A DNA stretch of 64,000 nt. It comes from Azolla caroliniana. Its lineage: Eukaryota > Plantae > Polypodiophyta. Both the position numbers and the translations under genes were made by a program. Of this stretch, positions 1 to 13,247 are shown piece by piece (position 1 is the stretch's first letter; each line of letters begins with the position of its first letter). The notes beneath the pieces were generated by a model that saw nothing but the letters and a program-made list of their open reading frames with translations, was not told where the DNA came from and did not search any database. Location: positions 6,696,001-6,760,000 of the forward strand of contig JBHGNT010000008.1 of the NCBI GenBank assembly GCA_043228905.1. Direction: 5' to 3'.

Positions 1-300
1 ATATACGTTTGTCTGTGTATATTCGCGTCGTTGTTGGCGTTGGGTGCTTACCCTCTCCTGCGTTTTCTGTACATAAGGCGTCGGTCGGGTCGGGCTGTGT
101 GTGCGTGTGTGTGCGTGAGTCAGTGTTAAACACGCTCTCTCTCTCTCTCTCTCTCTCGCTCTCTCTCCCTTCGGTTGCTTCCGGTGGGTTTCTAAGATGC
201 CCTAGTAACGGTGAAGCACGACTTCCTACACTCCATCACTCCCTAGTCCAAGACCCCCGTGGTCCCGCCTTTCTCCACGCACGCATGTAACAACGCGACA
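1..300 (+). repeat. 5' LTR (partial) of the Trp-primed element
   Basis: Near-identical to the end of 4615-5418, including GT/CT microsatellites; ends ...AACGCGACA. Confidence 0.9.
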
Positions 301-304
301 TATT

Positions 305-322
305 TGGTGAACCCGACGTGAA
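305..322 (+). promoter_or_regulatory. Primer binding site, tRNA-Trp
   Basis: TGGTGAACCCGACGTGAA is complementary to the 3' end of plant cytosolic tRNA-Trp (...TTCACGTCGGGTTCACCA) and lies 4 nt after the LTR end. Confidence 0.85.
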
Positions 323-442
323 AGGCGGCAAGGGAGGATGGAGTTGGAAGACGACGACCTTACGGAGATGGTGGCCGAAGTGGTGTTGGAGTCGGCACGA
401 GTGGTGATGAGGTGAGAAGCAGCGCAACAAGCGGTTGAGCGA

Positions 443-950
443 GTGGTCGAAAGAGTCGGCCATTTCAACGGGGACAAAGTCCCATCTTACTTGGAAGCCT
501 ACAACGTGGAAATGGAGGAGCGTGGCGTAGAAGAGGCGTTGAGGCCGGAGTTCTTCTGCCGGGTCGTAGCTGTCCGGATGCATGCGGAAGTAAAGGAGCT
601 CCATGAGGCTCATAGTTCGTGGGAGGCCTTCGAAGAGGCGCTCTTGAAAGCATATGGAGGATGGCGGAAGAGCCGGGGACGGCACCACTTCGACCAGTGG
701 GTAGCATCGACAAAGACCCACCAGGGTGCGACGAAGGCGTTCCGGGAGTTCGAGCAACGACTTGCTCGGCTCCCAGAGCGGGAACAAGGTTTGGTGGGGG
801 CGGACAAAGTCCTTTTGTTCGTCAGGTCGATCGACTGAGCGGAACGGGAAGCCATCGGGATTGAGCTCCAAGACGATGATGGAGCGAATGGGCTTACGGA
901 GGACTGGTCGAAGGTCGGAAGGGTGTGCCAAAGGCTAGACAACGAGCGAG
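443..950 (+). pseudogene. gag-like remnant
   Basis: VERVGHFNGDKVPSYLEAYNVEM... is homologous to ORF 50986-51786 and to the gag start at 43631-43876(-); in-frame TGA at 836-838. Confidence 0.7.
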
Positions 951-1114
951 CCGAGAAGGCTAAGAGGAAGGTACGCGACGGCGTGCCATCACAGCGGGAA
1001 GAGGCCGAACAGCAAAGAGAGTCGGCAAGGGTCGGCGTTGGGGCCAGGATTGCGGAGGCGTATGCAACGCTCAAAGCGATGCTCGAGGAAGAAGGAAGAT
1101 CGAGGCCGGAAGCC

Positions 1115-1897
1115 GAGACCGAGGAGACGGACTTGCCCCACGCGACGGCGGAAGATCGGTACGACGGTACCACGGGAGAGGGTGCGGAACGAAACGCCCT
1201 CTCGACTTGCGGAGAGAGAACGGCCAAGGACGAGGCCGAGATACAGATCGCGGAATCGGAACGTTGGGACTAGCGGTTTGGGGCGTGTCAGCCCGAGATC
1301 CCGGTCATTGAAGAAGCAAGCCCAGACGGGGCTTGCGCGATCGGTAAGAAGTCGACCGCCGACCACGGAGAGCCGGTGGCTACGGACAAGGGCGTAAAAC
1401 GGGCGGGTGATTCTTTGTGTCTTCCCACGCTTGCTCCAGAGACGATGGCAGTCGGGCCCGAATACCCGCATGAGTCCCAAGCGGAGGAAGGCGGCGGCGG
1501 AGGGCCAGAAGTTGAGACCGAGGAGACGGACTTGCCCCACGCGACGACGGAAGATCGGTATGACGGTACCACGGGAGAGGTTGCGGAACGAAACGCCCTC
1601 TCGACATGCGGAAATAGAACGGCCAAGGACGAGGCCGAGATACAGATCGCGGAACCGGAACATTGGGACCAACGGTCAAGGGTGTGTCAGCCCGAGATCC
1701 CGGGCATTGGAGAAGCAAGCCCAGACGGGGCTTGCGCGATCGGTAAGAAGACGATCGCAGACCACGAAGAGTCGGTGGCTACGGACAAGGGCGAAGAACG
1801 GACGGGTGATTCCTTGTGTCTTCCCACACTTGCTCCCGAGACGATGGCAGTCGGGCCCGAGTGCCCACATGAGTCCCAAGCGGAGGAAGGAGGCGGC
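1115..1897 (+). repeat. ~399-bp tandem duplication (2 copies)
   Basis: GAGACCGAGGAGACGGACTTGCCCCACGCG... occurs at 1115 and 1514; the peptide ETEETDLPHAT...ESQAEEGGG is repeated. Confidence 0.85.
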
Positions 1898-2439
1898 GAA
1901 AGAGCGAGAATCACCGGCGAGACGATAAGGGGGAAGGAGCGGACGAAAGCCCACGAACCCGATTCCGGAGAACTCGGCAATTGGGCCCGTATGCCCATGT
2001 AAGACCGAGGAGATGGATGGTGGTACCGAGGAGTCCTGGCACGATGCCAGCGAAGACGGATGGGAAATGACCTACGAGGAGGCCGAGGGCGGACACAGCA
2101 CGAGGGGATCAGCATTCCGATACGGGTGGAGCGTGATCCGGTTGTGGATCGTTCGATCGAGGCCGGACTCGGCATAAAGGTGCCGATACGGGAGGGGGTG
2201 CGGGATGAGCCGCCCTCTTTTACATGGGGAGAAAGACCGACCGGGCGAAGGTCGAGATTACGGACGAGAACCGGGTGGAGTGGACTCCCGGATAACCATT
2301 TCGGGAGGGAGGAAGAGAGCAGGCCTACGAAGAGGCCGAGGACACGGTACGTCGGTACCATGGGAGAGGGTGTGGAGTAAACCGCCCTCTCGGCATGAGG
2401 AAAAGGACGACCCGGGACAGGGTCAGGAAGACAAATTGG

Positions 2440-3570
2440 CGGCCTACGGAGGATCCTTCACACCGGTTCTAGAGACTTCGGCAGTCGGCAATGCGGTTGA
2501 CGTAAGACCAAGATACTGACGGTGGCGGCGAGGTGACGAAGGCAAGGGCTACGGATGGAAGGCCTACGGAGGATCCTTCACACTGGTTCTAGAGACTTCG
2601 GCAGTCGGCAACGCGGTCGACGTAAGACCAAGATACTGACGGTGGCGGCGAGGTGACGAAGGCAAGGGCTACGGAAGGGCGCCTACGGAGGATCCTTCAC
2701 ACCGGTTCTAGAGACTTCGGCAGTCGGCAACGCGGTCGACGTAAGACCAAGATACTGACGGTGGCGGCGAGGTGACGAAGGCAAGGGCTACAGATGGAGG
2801 GCCTACGGAGGATCCTTCACACCGGTTCTAGAGACTTCGGCAGTCGGCAACGCGGTCGACGTAAGACCAAGATACTGACGATGGCGGCGAGGTGACGAAG
2901 GCAAGGGCTACGGAAGGGCGCCTACGGAGGATCCTTCACACCGGTTCTAGAGACTTCGGCAGTCGGCAACGCGGTCGACGTAAGACCAAGATACTGATGG
3001 TGGCGGCGAGGTGACGAAGGCAAGGGCTACGGATGGAAGGCCTACGGAGGATCCTTCACACCGGTTCTAGAGACTTCGGCAGTCGGCAACGCGGTCGACG
3101 TAAGACCAAGATACTGACGGTGGCGGCGAGGTGACGAAGGCAAGGGCTACGGAAGGGCGTCTACGGAGGATCCTTCACACCGGTTCTAGAGACTTCGGCA
3201 GTCGGCAACGCGGTCGACGTAAGACCAAGATATTGACGGTGGCGGCGAGGTGACGAAGACAATGGGCGTAAGGAAGTCCGGTCCTACGGGATCCTCACAC
3301 TAATCTGGAGACTCTGGCTATTCGGCCAACGTGGCAACGTAAGACCGAGAGAGAAGGAAGGTGGCGGCGGGAAACGGGACCCGGCTACGTGGAAGACACG
3401 AGGAGAGTCCGGGAGGGACTCAAACAAAGGTCCCCGAATTTCGGCAAGCATAGAAACGGAGTCCGGTCCTATGGGACCCTCACACTGATCTGGAGACTCC
3501 GGCAGTTCGGCCAACGTGGCAACGTGAGACCGAGGGAGAAGGACAGTGGCGGCAGGGAACGGGACCCGAC
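2440..3570 (+). repeat. Tandem array of ~119-120-bp units (7 near-identical plus 2 diverged)
   Basis: CCTACGGAGGATCCTTCACACCGGTTCTAGAGACTTCGGCAGTCGGCAAC... at ~2443, 2563, 2682, 2802, 2921, 3041 and 3160; diverged copies near 3283 and 3467. Confidence 0.9.
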
Positions 3571-4614
3571 GACACGAGGTTCAGAAGGAGCTGGTAGGGG
3601 CAAACGCGGGGAGGTGTGTCAGGCCGGAAAGGCACACCTAGAACAGAACAAGAGTCTCGCAAATGGCCATAGTGGGCCGGATCGAAGTGTGACTACGGGA
3701 CGGTGTTCGGCGCGGGCGGGGCCGAACGAAGGAAGCGGAACACGGCACAAGGGAGGTGCCGAGAACGAAGTGACAAGTGCCTAGTGGACTGCACAGGGTC
3801 GGAATCAGGATGGCAAGAGAGGCCGGAGGAGGATCCTCCACACTTGCTTCGTAGATCTCGGAAGCTTTGTCGAAGTAACGAAGACTGACACGGCAAGCCG
3901 GGGTGACAAGCTGGTGGGGGTGAGGGGACGACGGCAAACGAAAGACTCTGGACCTGTTGTAGCAGCACGAAGACGGGAAGGGCCAAGCGGGCTACTACGG
4001 GGTGTTCCTCGGATGTAGAGGACACCGGTATGCGGGTGAGCAGCGATGCACGATTTGGCCGGAAAGGGGCCAACAAGGAGTGCAACACGGGCAGTGCCAG
4101 ACAACGGACGAGGGTATGTGGCACACGGAGGTGCCGGTACGGAAAGGCGAGCGCAGAGAACGTCGGAAAGGGATCCTCCACACCGTTCCGGAGACCATGG
4201 CGGTTCGAGCCAATGCGGCGATGTAAGACCATGGAGAAGGAAGGTGGCGGCGGAAGGACGAAGGCGACGCGAAACACCATCGGGACATCACGATTCGACA
4301 ACGGAGGCCAAGCGGGCTGCCACGGGCATTCCTCAAGCGGAGGACATCGGGCATACGGCGGGAAGCGGGGCGTTCATACGGCCGAACAGGGCCAACAGAA
4401 GAGCGCGTACTACGGAGATCGCGGCAGAGGACCCATCGACGGGTCGAACGAGCCTACGGGGAGGCGAGCGCGAAGGAAGACTCGAAGCCGACGGATCAAA
4501 CCGGCAGCGAGCCAATCTGCGGATCACGGGAGACCGGTTTCTCACCGGCCGAAATCTCTCACCCTTCAACCAGATTGGCACGTACCGGTGGACGTGTAGT
4601 CAGGTGGGGGCGGA

Positions 4615-5246
4615 TGTCGTGAAGAATTTCGGCGAGAGACAAAAACCGGGAAACATTGGCTACATCAGCGGGGTGCAGCGTGTGTACGCACCCATGTACG
4701 TTTAGTGTGAATATCGAGGGCGCCTTTATGGCACCGAAGAGTAGTCAAGTCGGGACAGACGATCCCATGTAAGTCGGGATTTGTCCCGCATTGTAATGCC
4801 TCCCTTTCCTTGTTCTATAAAAGGAAGGGAACGCCCTTTGTAAAAGGGTTGCCCATTTTGCATTAGAGGGTATACCGGTAGGTTTAGGGTTAGGTTTCTT
4901 CTGCTTCTTCTTCTTACCGTTCGTGTTCTCTTAGGGTTTGCTTCAGCTCATCTCCTGCGCAAGACCCCGCTCGGCGTGACGAGCCCGTGAGCTCCCCGAC
5001 GGCGGCTTGGCAGCAGACGACTACTGTAACCTACCTCAGTCCGGCTCGAAGCTGGGAATGCATTCTTCTTATATATATATATATATACGTTTGTCTGTGT
5101 GTATTCGCGTCGTTGTTGGCGTCGGGTGCTTACCCTCTCCTGCGTTTTCTGTACATAAGGCGTGGGTCGGGTCGGGCTGTGTGTGCGTGTGTGTGCGTGT
5201 GTGTGCATGTGTGTGCGTGTGTGTGCGTGAGTCAGTGTTAAACATG

Positions 5247-5278
<32 letters not shown>

Positions 5279-5418
5279 CTCTCTCCCTTCGGTTGCTTCC
5301 GGTGGGTTTCTGAGATGCCCCAGTAACGGTGAAGCACGACTTCCTACACTCCATCACTCTGTAGTCCAAGACCCCCGTGGTCCCGCCTTTCTCCACGCAC
5401 ACGCGTAACAACGCGACA
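4615..5418 (+). repeat. 3' LTR (~804 bp)
   Basis: TG...CA termini with a TGTCG/CGACA inverted repeat, TATA-like TATAAAA at ~4816, preceded by a PPT. Confidence 0.9.
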
Positions 5419-6083
5419 CCGTACGGTCCGCTTCCTCCCTCTTTAGTCGTACTCCGGAGAGGCCTTCTAGCACCATCGGCCAAAATCTAGAGTCCTTTGT
5501 CTTTTGGCCTTTGTTGCTCTCGACCAAGATCCTGGCTGTCATAGAATAGTGGACGACCTCTGCATGGCGCACCGCAGCTTTCTCCATCAGCTGTTTCATT
5601 CCGCCACATCCGGTATTCACCTCCAGGGCTCTCCGGGTGTCGCTAGTGTGCACATGCCCATTCCATAGGTATACCACGTTACTTTTGTGCGCTTCCGTAA
5701 ATTCTGTGCAATCTCTCTTGCTATGGTCGACTGCGTCACACCACATGCATCGTTGTTCGGCTGGAGGCCTCGGGTCGCATGACTGTTCTCCACTGTCTCT
5801 CCCGGCTTGTGCAATTTGGAGGTCGTGCACCATTTGCGTTACCTCTTCCAAAGCTGCTCCTCTAGATGGGCCCTTGACCATGCCAATTGGGGCCGATCCC
5901 GACTCGAGCCAATTTCGGGTCTCTTCCTTTCGCGCTGGTAACGGCTCCTCAGACTTACTTGCCACCGCCGGTCCTGCTATCGCCGAACCCTCGTCGTTTC
6001 ACTCACGCCGCTTGTCGAAACGGGTACAAACTCTCTTTACCACGGCCTAGTCGGTCGTGAGCTCTATATCTGTCTCCAGTAGG
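5419..6083 (-). pseudogene. Gypsy gag fragment with zinc knuckle
   Basis: ORF 5354-5965(-) contains CMWCDAVDHSKRDC (CX2CX4HX4C). It is interrupted at 5418 by the LTR element. Confidence 0.7.
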
Positions 6084-6084
6084 T

Positions 6085-9000
6085 GGCTACGGAGAACCGG
6101 ATGAAGAGTACCCGGCTACGGAGAACCGGATGGTGCAGACCCGGTGAGAACCGGATGAGGAGTACCCGGCTACGGAGAACCGGATGGTTCAGACCCGGTG
6201 AGAACCAGATGAAGAGTACCCGACTACGGAGAACCGGATGGTGCAGACCCGGTGAGAACCGGATGAAGAGTACCCGGCTACGGAGAACCGGATGGTGCAG
6301 ACCCGGTGAGAACCGAATGAGGAGTACCCGACTATGGAGAGCCGGATGGTGAAGACCCGGTGAGAACCGAATGAAGAGACATATTCATAAATATGTTTTT
6401 GAGAGTCCATCGAGGCTATATTTGTAAATAGCCGAAAATTCATATTAGTATAAATATGACTTAGGGCAAACTTGTAGTTGTTGTTGTCATTCTTGTTGGT
6501 GCAAGAATAGAGTGAGCGCGTAACAGTGTACAGAGAGTGAGAGAGAAAGAGGTCGTTGCCTCTGTTGTAACCGCCGCCTGTGGCGAGGATCGTGAGCATG
6601 AGGTCGTTGCCTCCGTGAACTCACTGTTGTACATCCTGTGGGCTGCCGTGGTTTTTCCCTCTTTGGGTTTTCCACGTAAACATCCTGTGCACTCATTTCT
6701 TCTTCGTGTCGTGTTTTATTTCCCGTTTTCTGTGTATGATTCTAAGCTCGGTTGTGGCCGAACGTTGTGCATAAGGAGCGTTTGAGTTCCTGTCAAGTGG
6801 TATCAGAGCGAAACGACATAGAAAATGGACGATTCGTTGGGAGATATGTTCAAGCTCACCGGCTCCAACTATTCGGTATGGAAGTCGAAGATGAGGGACA
6901 TGCTCGTGGTTAAAGACCTCTGGCTGCCGGTTCAGTTCGGGGATAAGAGACCGGACAAAATCAACGCCGCAATATGGAAGGGGATGAAGAGGCTTGCAGG
7001 CGACAACCTCATTCCAGTGAAGATCGTGCACTTGGAGAAGTGCACTGATTGTCTGGCCGGTAAGCAAAACCGAACCTCCTTCCGACCAAGGCCACCGATG
7101 AGACGTAATGCACCACTGGAGTTGGTGCATACGGATGTGTGTCAAGTAGACACGAAGTCACATGCCGGAGCGCAGTACTTCGTGACATTCATAGATGAAC
7201 ACAGCCGGAAGCTGTGGGCCACACCATTGAAGACGAAGGATCAGGTACTATCCGTCTTCAAAGAGCTCCACGCGAGAGTGGAAAGAGAAACCGGCCGGAA
7301 GTTGAAGGCGGTTCGAGCAGACAACGGAGGAGAATACCGGGGGCAGTTCGAGGAGTACTGCCACTTGAAGGGAATCCGGCTCGAATTTACCGTGCCAAAG
7401 ACGCCGGAACTAAACGGGCTGGCCGAGAGGATGAACCAGACCATAATGGAGAGGGTCCGGAGTATGTTGGCGCATGCAAAACTACCCAAGAAGTTTTGGG
7501 CTGAGGCACTATCGACGACGACATATGTGATAAACAGATCACCCTCAGTACCTTTGGACGGAGACACGCCATAGAGAGTCTGGACCGGTAAGGAAGTATC
7601 CTACCGGCATCTGAAGGTATTCGGGTGTCTCGCGTACGTGCATGTAGCTAAGGACCGGAGAGGAAAGTTGGATCCAAAGACCCGGCCATGCATATTCCTC
7701 GGTTACGGCGACGATGAGTTCGGCTACCGAGTGTGGGACCTGGTCGACAAGAAGGTATTCCGGAGTCGAGATATTATCTTCATGGAGGACAAGACGCTCG
7801 CCGACTGGGAGTCGGAGAAGAAGATAATGAACTCCGAGTCGACCGGTAAGGATAGACTCTATGATGAGCAGACCCAACCGGCAAGAGACCAGTTAGCACT
7901 CGAAGAACCAGCCGGATACGGTGAGGATACCGAACAGGCTGAAGAAGAAGTAGAGGAAGCCGAATCCGAAACCGGCCAAGACCCCGAATCGGATTCGGAT
8001 GAAGAGCAAATGGAGGAGCCGATTACCGAAACCCGAAGACGGAGATATCCTCTCAGAGAGAGAAGGCCCCCCCAGAGATTTCCGGATGCAGAACATGTTC
8101 TGCTGACCGATGAGGGGGAGCCGGAAAGCTTCGAAGAAGCGAAGGATGACACCCACAACCGCAAATGGTTAAGTGCCATGCAGGATGAGATGGATTCCCT
8201 GCATGAGAACCATACGTACGAGTTGGTGGAGCTGCCGAAAGGAAAGCGGGCACTCCGAAACAAGTGGGTGTACAAGTTGAAACTGGGAGATGCCAGAAAC
8301 CCCCCGAGATACAAAGCCAGGATCGTTGTGAAGGGGTTCCAACAGAAGAAGGGCGTTGACTTCGACGAGATATTTGCCCCGGTAGTAAAGATGACCTCCA
8401 TCCGGACGGTGCTGAGTATAACGGCTAGCATGGACCTTGAGGTAGAACAGCTGGACATGAAGATGACATTCCTTCACGGCAACCTCGAAGAGGAGATCTA
8501 CATGCAACAACCGGAGGGATTTGTGGAGAAAGGGAAGGAGCACCTGGTATGCCGACTGAAGAAGAGCCTGTACGGACTAAAACAGGCTCCCCGACAATGG
8601 TACCGGAAGTTCGATTCCTTCATGACCGATCAAGGGTACCACAAGACACAGGCCGATCACTGCGTGTTTGTGAAGAAGTTCGAAGGAGGCGACTTCCTGA
8701 TACTCCTTCTGTACGTGGATGACATGGTGATCGTCGGACGAGACCAAGTCAAAATACGGATGCTGAAGTAGGCTCTCAATCTGACCTTCTCAATGAAAGA
8801 CTTGGGTCCGGCAAGACAGATGCTGGGGATGCACATCATTCGGGACCCGGTCAAAGAAGCAATTATGGTTGTCACAGGAAAAGTACGTGACAAAGGTGCT
8901 TCACCGGTTCAACATGTTATATGCGAAACTGGTCGGATCGACACTTCCGGCAAACTGCAGGCTTTCCGGTAAGCAAATCCCGAAGACGAAAGCAGAGAAG

Positions 9001-10571
9001 GCGGATATGATGAAGATTCCATATGCCTCTACCGTCGGGAGCTTAATGTACGCAATGGTTTGTACCCGACCGGATATAGGATACGCAGTCGGAGTGGTGA
9101 GTCGGTTCATGAGCAATCCTGGCAAGGAGCACTGGAACGTGGTCAAATGGATACTCCGGTATTTGAAGGGCACTTCAAATATGTGTCTCTGATTCGGCTC
9201 CGGAAAACCTCAACTTGACGGTTTCACCGATTCGGACATGTCAGCTGATGTGGATACCAGCCGGTCTACATCCGGGTATGTAATGACATATGCAGGGGGA
9301 GCCGTCTCGTGGCAGTCGAGGTTGTAGAAGACGGTTGCATTGTCAACCACGGAGGCGGAGTACATGGCAGCTGTGGAAGCCGACAAGGAAATATTATGGA
9401 TGAAGGACTTCATCGGAGAGCTCGGTATCCGGCAAGAGGAATACCGGCTCTATTGCTACAGTCAAAGTGCCATCCACCTTGCTAAGAATGCAGCCTATCA
9501 TTCCCGGACGAAGCATATCCAACAAAGATATCACTGGATCCGGGAAAGAGTAGATGACCAGGAGTTCGCACTGATGAAGATCCACACGGCCGAGAACGGG
9601 TCAGATATGCTGACCAAAGTGTTGATACCCGACAAGCTGGATGCATGCCGGAAGAGGATCGGACTGGTAAGACACCCCATGCCGGAGTGAAGGGGAGTTT
9701 GTTGGGAGATAGGTCCCTCCGAATGGGAAGGGAGAAGAACAGTGCCGATGAACAAACTCGGCCGAGGCCGATAGGCCAAGGCTACGGAGAACCGGATGAA
9801 GAGTACCTGGCTACGGAGAACCGGATGGTGCAGACCCGGTGAGAACCGGATGAAGAGTACCCGGCTATGGAGAACCGGATGGTGCAGACCCGGTGAGAAC
9901 CGGATGAGGAGTACCCAGAAACAGAGAACCGGATGAGGAGTACCCAGAAACAGAGAACCGGATGAGGAGTACCCGGAAACAGAGAACTGGATGGTGCAGA
10001 CCCGGTGAGAACCGGATAAAGAGTACCCGGCTACGGAGAACCGAATGGTGCAGACCCGGTGAGAACCGGATGAGGAGTACCCGGCTGTGGAGAGCCGGAT
10101 GGTGCAAACCCGGTGAGAACCGAATGAAGAGACATATTTGTAAATATGTTTCTGAGAGTCCATCGAGGCTATATTTGTAAATAGCCGAAAAGTCATATTA
10201 GTATAAATATGACTTAGGGCAAACTTGTAGTAGTTGTTGTCATTCTTGTTGATGCAAGAATAGAGTGAGCGCGTAACAGTGTACAGAGAGTGAGAGAGAA
10301 AGAGGTCGTTGCCTCTGTTGTAACCGCCACCTGTGGCGAGGATCGTGAGCACGAGGTCATTGCCTCCGTGAACTCACTGTTGTACATTCTAGCATAGTGA
10401 TAGTTTGCAGCCTGTGGGCTGCCGTGGTTTTTCCCTCTTTGGGTTTTCCACGTAAACATCTTGTACACTCGTTTCTTCTTCGTGTCGTGTTTTATTTCCC
10501 GTTTTCTGTGTATGATTCTAAGCTCGATTGTGGCCGAGCGTTGTGCATAAGGAGCGTTTGAGTTCCTGTCA
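6085..10571 (+). mobile_element. Ty1/Copia LTR retrotransposon, internally deleted and degenerate
   Basis: 5' LTR ~6085-6795 (5'-truncated), PBS TGGTATCAGAGC 6798-6809 (tRNA-iMet), PPT GAAGGGGAG, 3' LTR 9700-10571. Integrase (LVHTD, ADNGGEY, AERMN), RT (YVDDM) and RNase H (EAEY) are present with stops. gag jumps directly to the pre-integrase region near 6970. Confidence 0.92.
6825..9690 (+). pseudogene. Copia gag-pol pseudogene (gag/protease mostly deleted)
   Basis: ORFs 6825-7574, 7638-8771, 8869-9192 and 9340-9690 are consecutive pol pieces separated by stops or frameshifts. Confidence 0.9.
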
Positions 10572-13145
10572 AGTGCTTGTGGCACTTCGAGCCTGATTGC
10601 TCTTGACAACGCCAGATTTATCAGGTACACTGTTGTCTGCAATGCCTCGACCCAGAATTCCAGCTTCAGTCCGGCTTGCTGGAGCATTGCCGTCACCCTC
10701 TCCTGGATCGTCTTGTTGATATGTTCTGCCACTCCATTTTGCATGGGTGTGTAGGGAACGGTCTTTTGGTGTCGGATCCCTTTTCCGGACAGGTATAGTT
10801 TGAAGGGTCTGGAGGTGTATTTTCCTCCGTTGTCGGATTACAGTGTCTTCACTCTGTATCCCGATTGGTTCTCCACTTCAAATATCCATCGAGTGAAGAC
10901 CTCGAGAGCTTCGTATTTGGACTTGATGGAGTATGCCCAAACTTTTCGTGTACAATCATCTATGAATGTGATGAAGTACCAGGAGCCTCCTAGTGATCGC
11001 TCTAGCATGGGCCCACATATGTTTGGGTGCACGAGCTCTAGGGGCTATCGTACCATCTCGTAGTGGAGAGAGTGCAGACTTTGGGTTTGTTTCCCTTATC
11101 GACAATGCTCGCAGAAGTCCGTCTTTGCCTGGAGTTTCGGGATGTAGCCGACCGACATCAGACAATCAAGTCCGGCTTGAGACATGTGGCCAAGTCGGCC
11201 ATGCCATAGGTTTGGGTCGGTTTTCTCGGCTACGTTCACGAACCCTTTAGGGTTGATCGCCATCAATGGGTATAGATTATTATACTTATTCCCACTACTG
11301 ATTTTGAAGTTTCCCCGGCTGATCACCCATGTCGATTCGTGTAGAGTCATTGGATACCCGTCTTCAGGTAACATGCTGATGGAGACCAGACTCCTCTTTA
11401 GATCAGGTATGTGCCGAACTTGGTGCAGGGTTATTGTGTTGCCATTTGGCAATCTGATGGGAACCTCCGCAGTTCCCACTATCTTGCACTCCTGCCCATT
11501 TCCTAGTCGGACTGTGCCGCTGGTGTCGACCGAATAGTTCGAGAACCATTCAATGTTGGGGGTCACGTGAAATGTGGCACCAGAGTTTAGTAGCAACATG
11601 TGTGCAACTTGTGCACTGTAGAGGACTTTTCCGATCATCGAATCCTCTAGGGAGAGGATTTCTCCGGATCGGGTGTTAGCAACATTGATCTGGTTGCCGA
11701 TTGGAGAGTGGTTCGAGTCGGAATGTCCCCGATTCCGCTTGGATTGCCGACCACTCTCTTTTCTTTTTATTGACCAGCAGTTGGAAACATTGTGGCCAAC
11801 TTTTTTGCAGTGTGTGCAGTACTCGCTTGATCGGCCCATTTTCGACTTCGACCGCTGTCGGTCACCCCTTGTTTTCGATCGGCTGTAGCGTCGATCGGTT
11901 ATGTTGGCTTGTTCTTTCGTTAAACTCTGTCGGTCGAACGACTCGGTCGAGTGATGGGCTTCTGCTGACTCATCGATAGTTAGTCCCATCGATTTTTTCT
12001 TGATGTCCTTTGTTTGGACTTGGCCGATTGTTTCGTCAAAGTTTAGGATTGGTCAGCTAGTGGCGAATGTCGTGCAGAATACCTCCCAACTCGCCGACAA
12101 GCTCGATAGGAGGGCAAGGGCTTTCACTTCTTCTTCGAAGTTGATACCTTGTGACGAGAGCTCATACAACACCCGACTGAAGGTGTTGATGTGGGAGGTT
12201 GCCGGATCGGTCTCCCTCATCTTCATGTTGAACATTTGTTTGATCAAGATCAGTTTCAAAGATGAGGACTTCTTTTCATAAACGGCCCGTAGCGTCTCCC
12301 ACAATGAGAACATTGTCATCTCTTTCGCCATGCTGAAGTAGATGTTTTCGGCTAGGTGCATTCGAATGGTGGATCGTGCTATTTCCTCCACTGATCTCCA
12401 CTCTTATGTTGTCATCGAAGTAGGATTTTCGTTGTGCTGAATGGCTTCAATCTGTCTTTGGATGATCAACACATACTCCATCATCTCCTTCCATAGGGAA
12501 ATTTTTTTGCTGTCAAACTTTTTGATTTCAACTCCTATTCCGGATGTTGAAGCCATATTCCTTTTATGAAAGTAAGATTTCTAACTTGGCCTTCTCCTCT
12601 CTGCTTCTTCTGTTGTCTGTTGCCGCCGTGCAGCAAGGTCGGTCTGATACCAATTGTTGATGTATGTATATATATGTATATGTATGCGGAAAATGTTTGC
12701 GGACTTGTTCGCTTATGCACAGAAAACAACACACATAGAAAATATAGTGAATTGAGACTTAGACAGTAGATCGAGCTTTAATGGAAAGCTTCTTATTACT
12801 TCCTTCCCTCTTAGAGATACAATGCACAGTCGCTTCATCTCTTTGTCACTTGTCATCACTCATTACAATGTTAGGTATTCACTTATATACTAAGCCCTAA
12901 CTTATTAATGAGTTCACACTCGGACGGATACAATTTGGAAGGAGTTGTCCTTTTATGCCAACAACTCTGTCTCTGCTTTCTTCCCGGTGAGAAGGAGACA
13001 TGGTGAGAAAGAACATAGCTAATTGAAGATTTCTTGATTTATGCACATTCACATACATATATTGCCTTTCAAGCAAAAACAAATCAGTAGGAGGAATAGC
13101 TTTTACTTGAAGGTCAAAGCTTCAATGGGCCTCCCTTTGTCAACA
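10572..13145 (-). mobile_element. Ty1/Copia element, 3'-truncated (5' LTR + gag-protease-integrase)
   Basis: LTR 12655-13145 (TGTTGA...TCAACA), PBS seen as CTGATACCA on + at ~12644-12652, gag 12053-12391, zinc knuckle CTHCKKVGHNVSNC, protease-like LNSGATFH, GAG-pre-integrase LWHGRLGH, integrase pieces down to 10572. Confidence 0.85.
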
Positions 13146-13247
13146 AGCCTTCTTACCATAAAAGGATTCTTGCTTCTTTGTTATTAGCGAAAGAAAAGCT
13201 ACCTTTTTGGGTACGATTAACTGTGCTGATACTAATCTCAGCAACCC

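Larger units (their letters stand above)
1..5418 (+). mobile_element. Non-autonomous (LARD-like) LTR retroelement, tRNA-Trp primed, Gypsy-related; 5' LTR runs off the window
   Basis: 1-300 repeats at ~5083-5418. 3' LTR is TGTCG...CGACA (4615-5418), preceded by purine-rich GGTGGGGGCGGA. PBS lies at 305-322. Interior has a gag-like remnant and tandem repeats but no RT/integrase motifs. Confidence 0.85.

Noticed and set aside
900-4700. Numerous overlapping 100-230-aa ORFs on both strands
   Set aside because: GC-rich repetitive interior of a non-autonomous element; no domain motifs.
4948-5483. ORFs with RERERE / CVCVCV / LSLSLS tracts (also 56804-57034, 61600-61845)
   Set aside because: Translations of dinucleotide microsatellites within LTRs.
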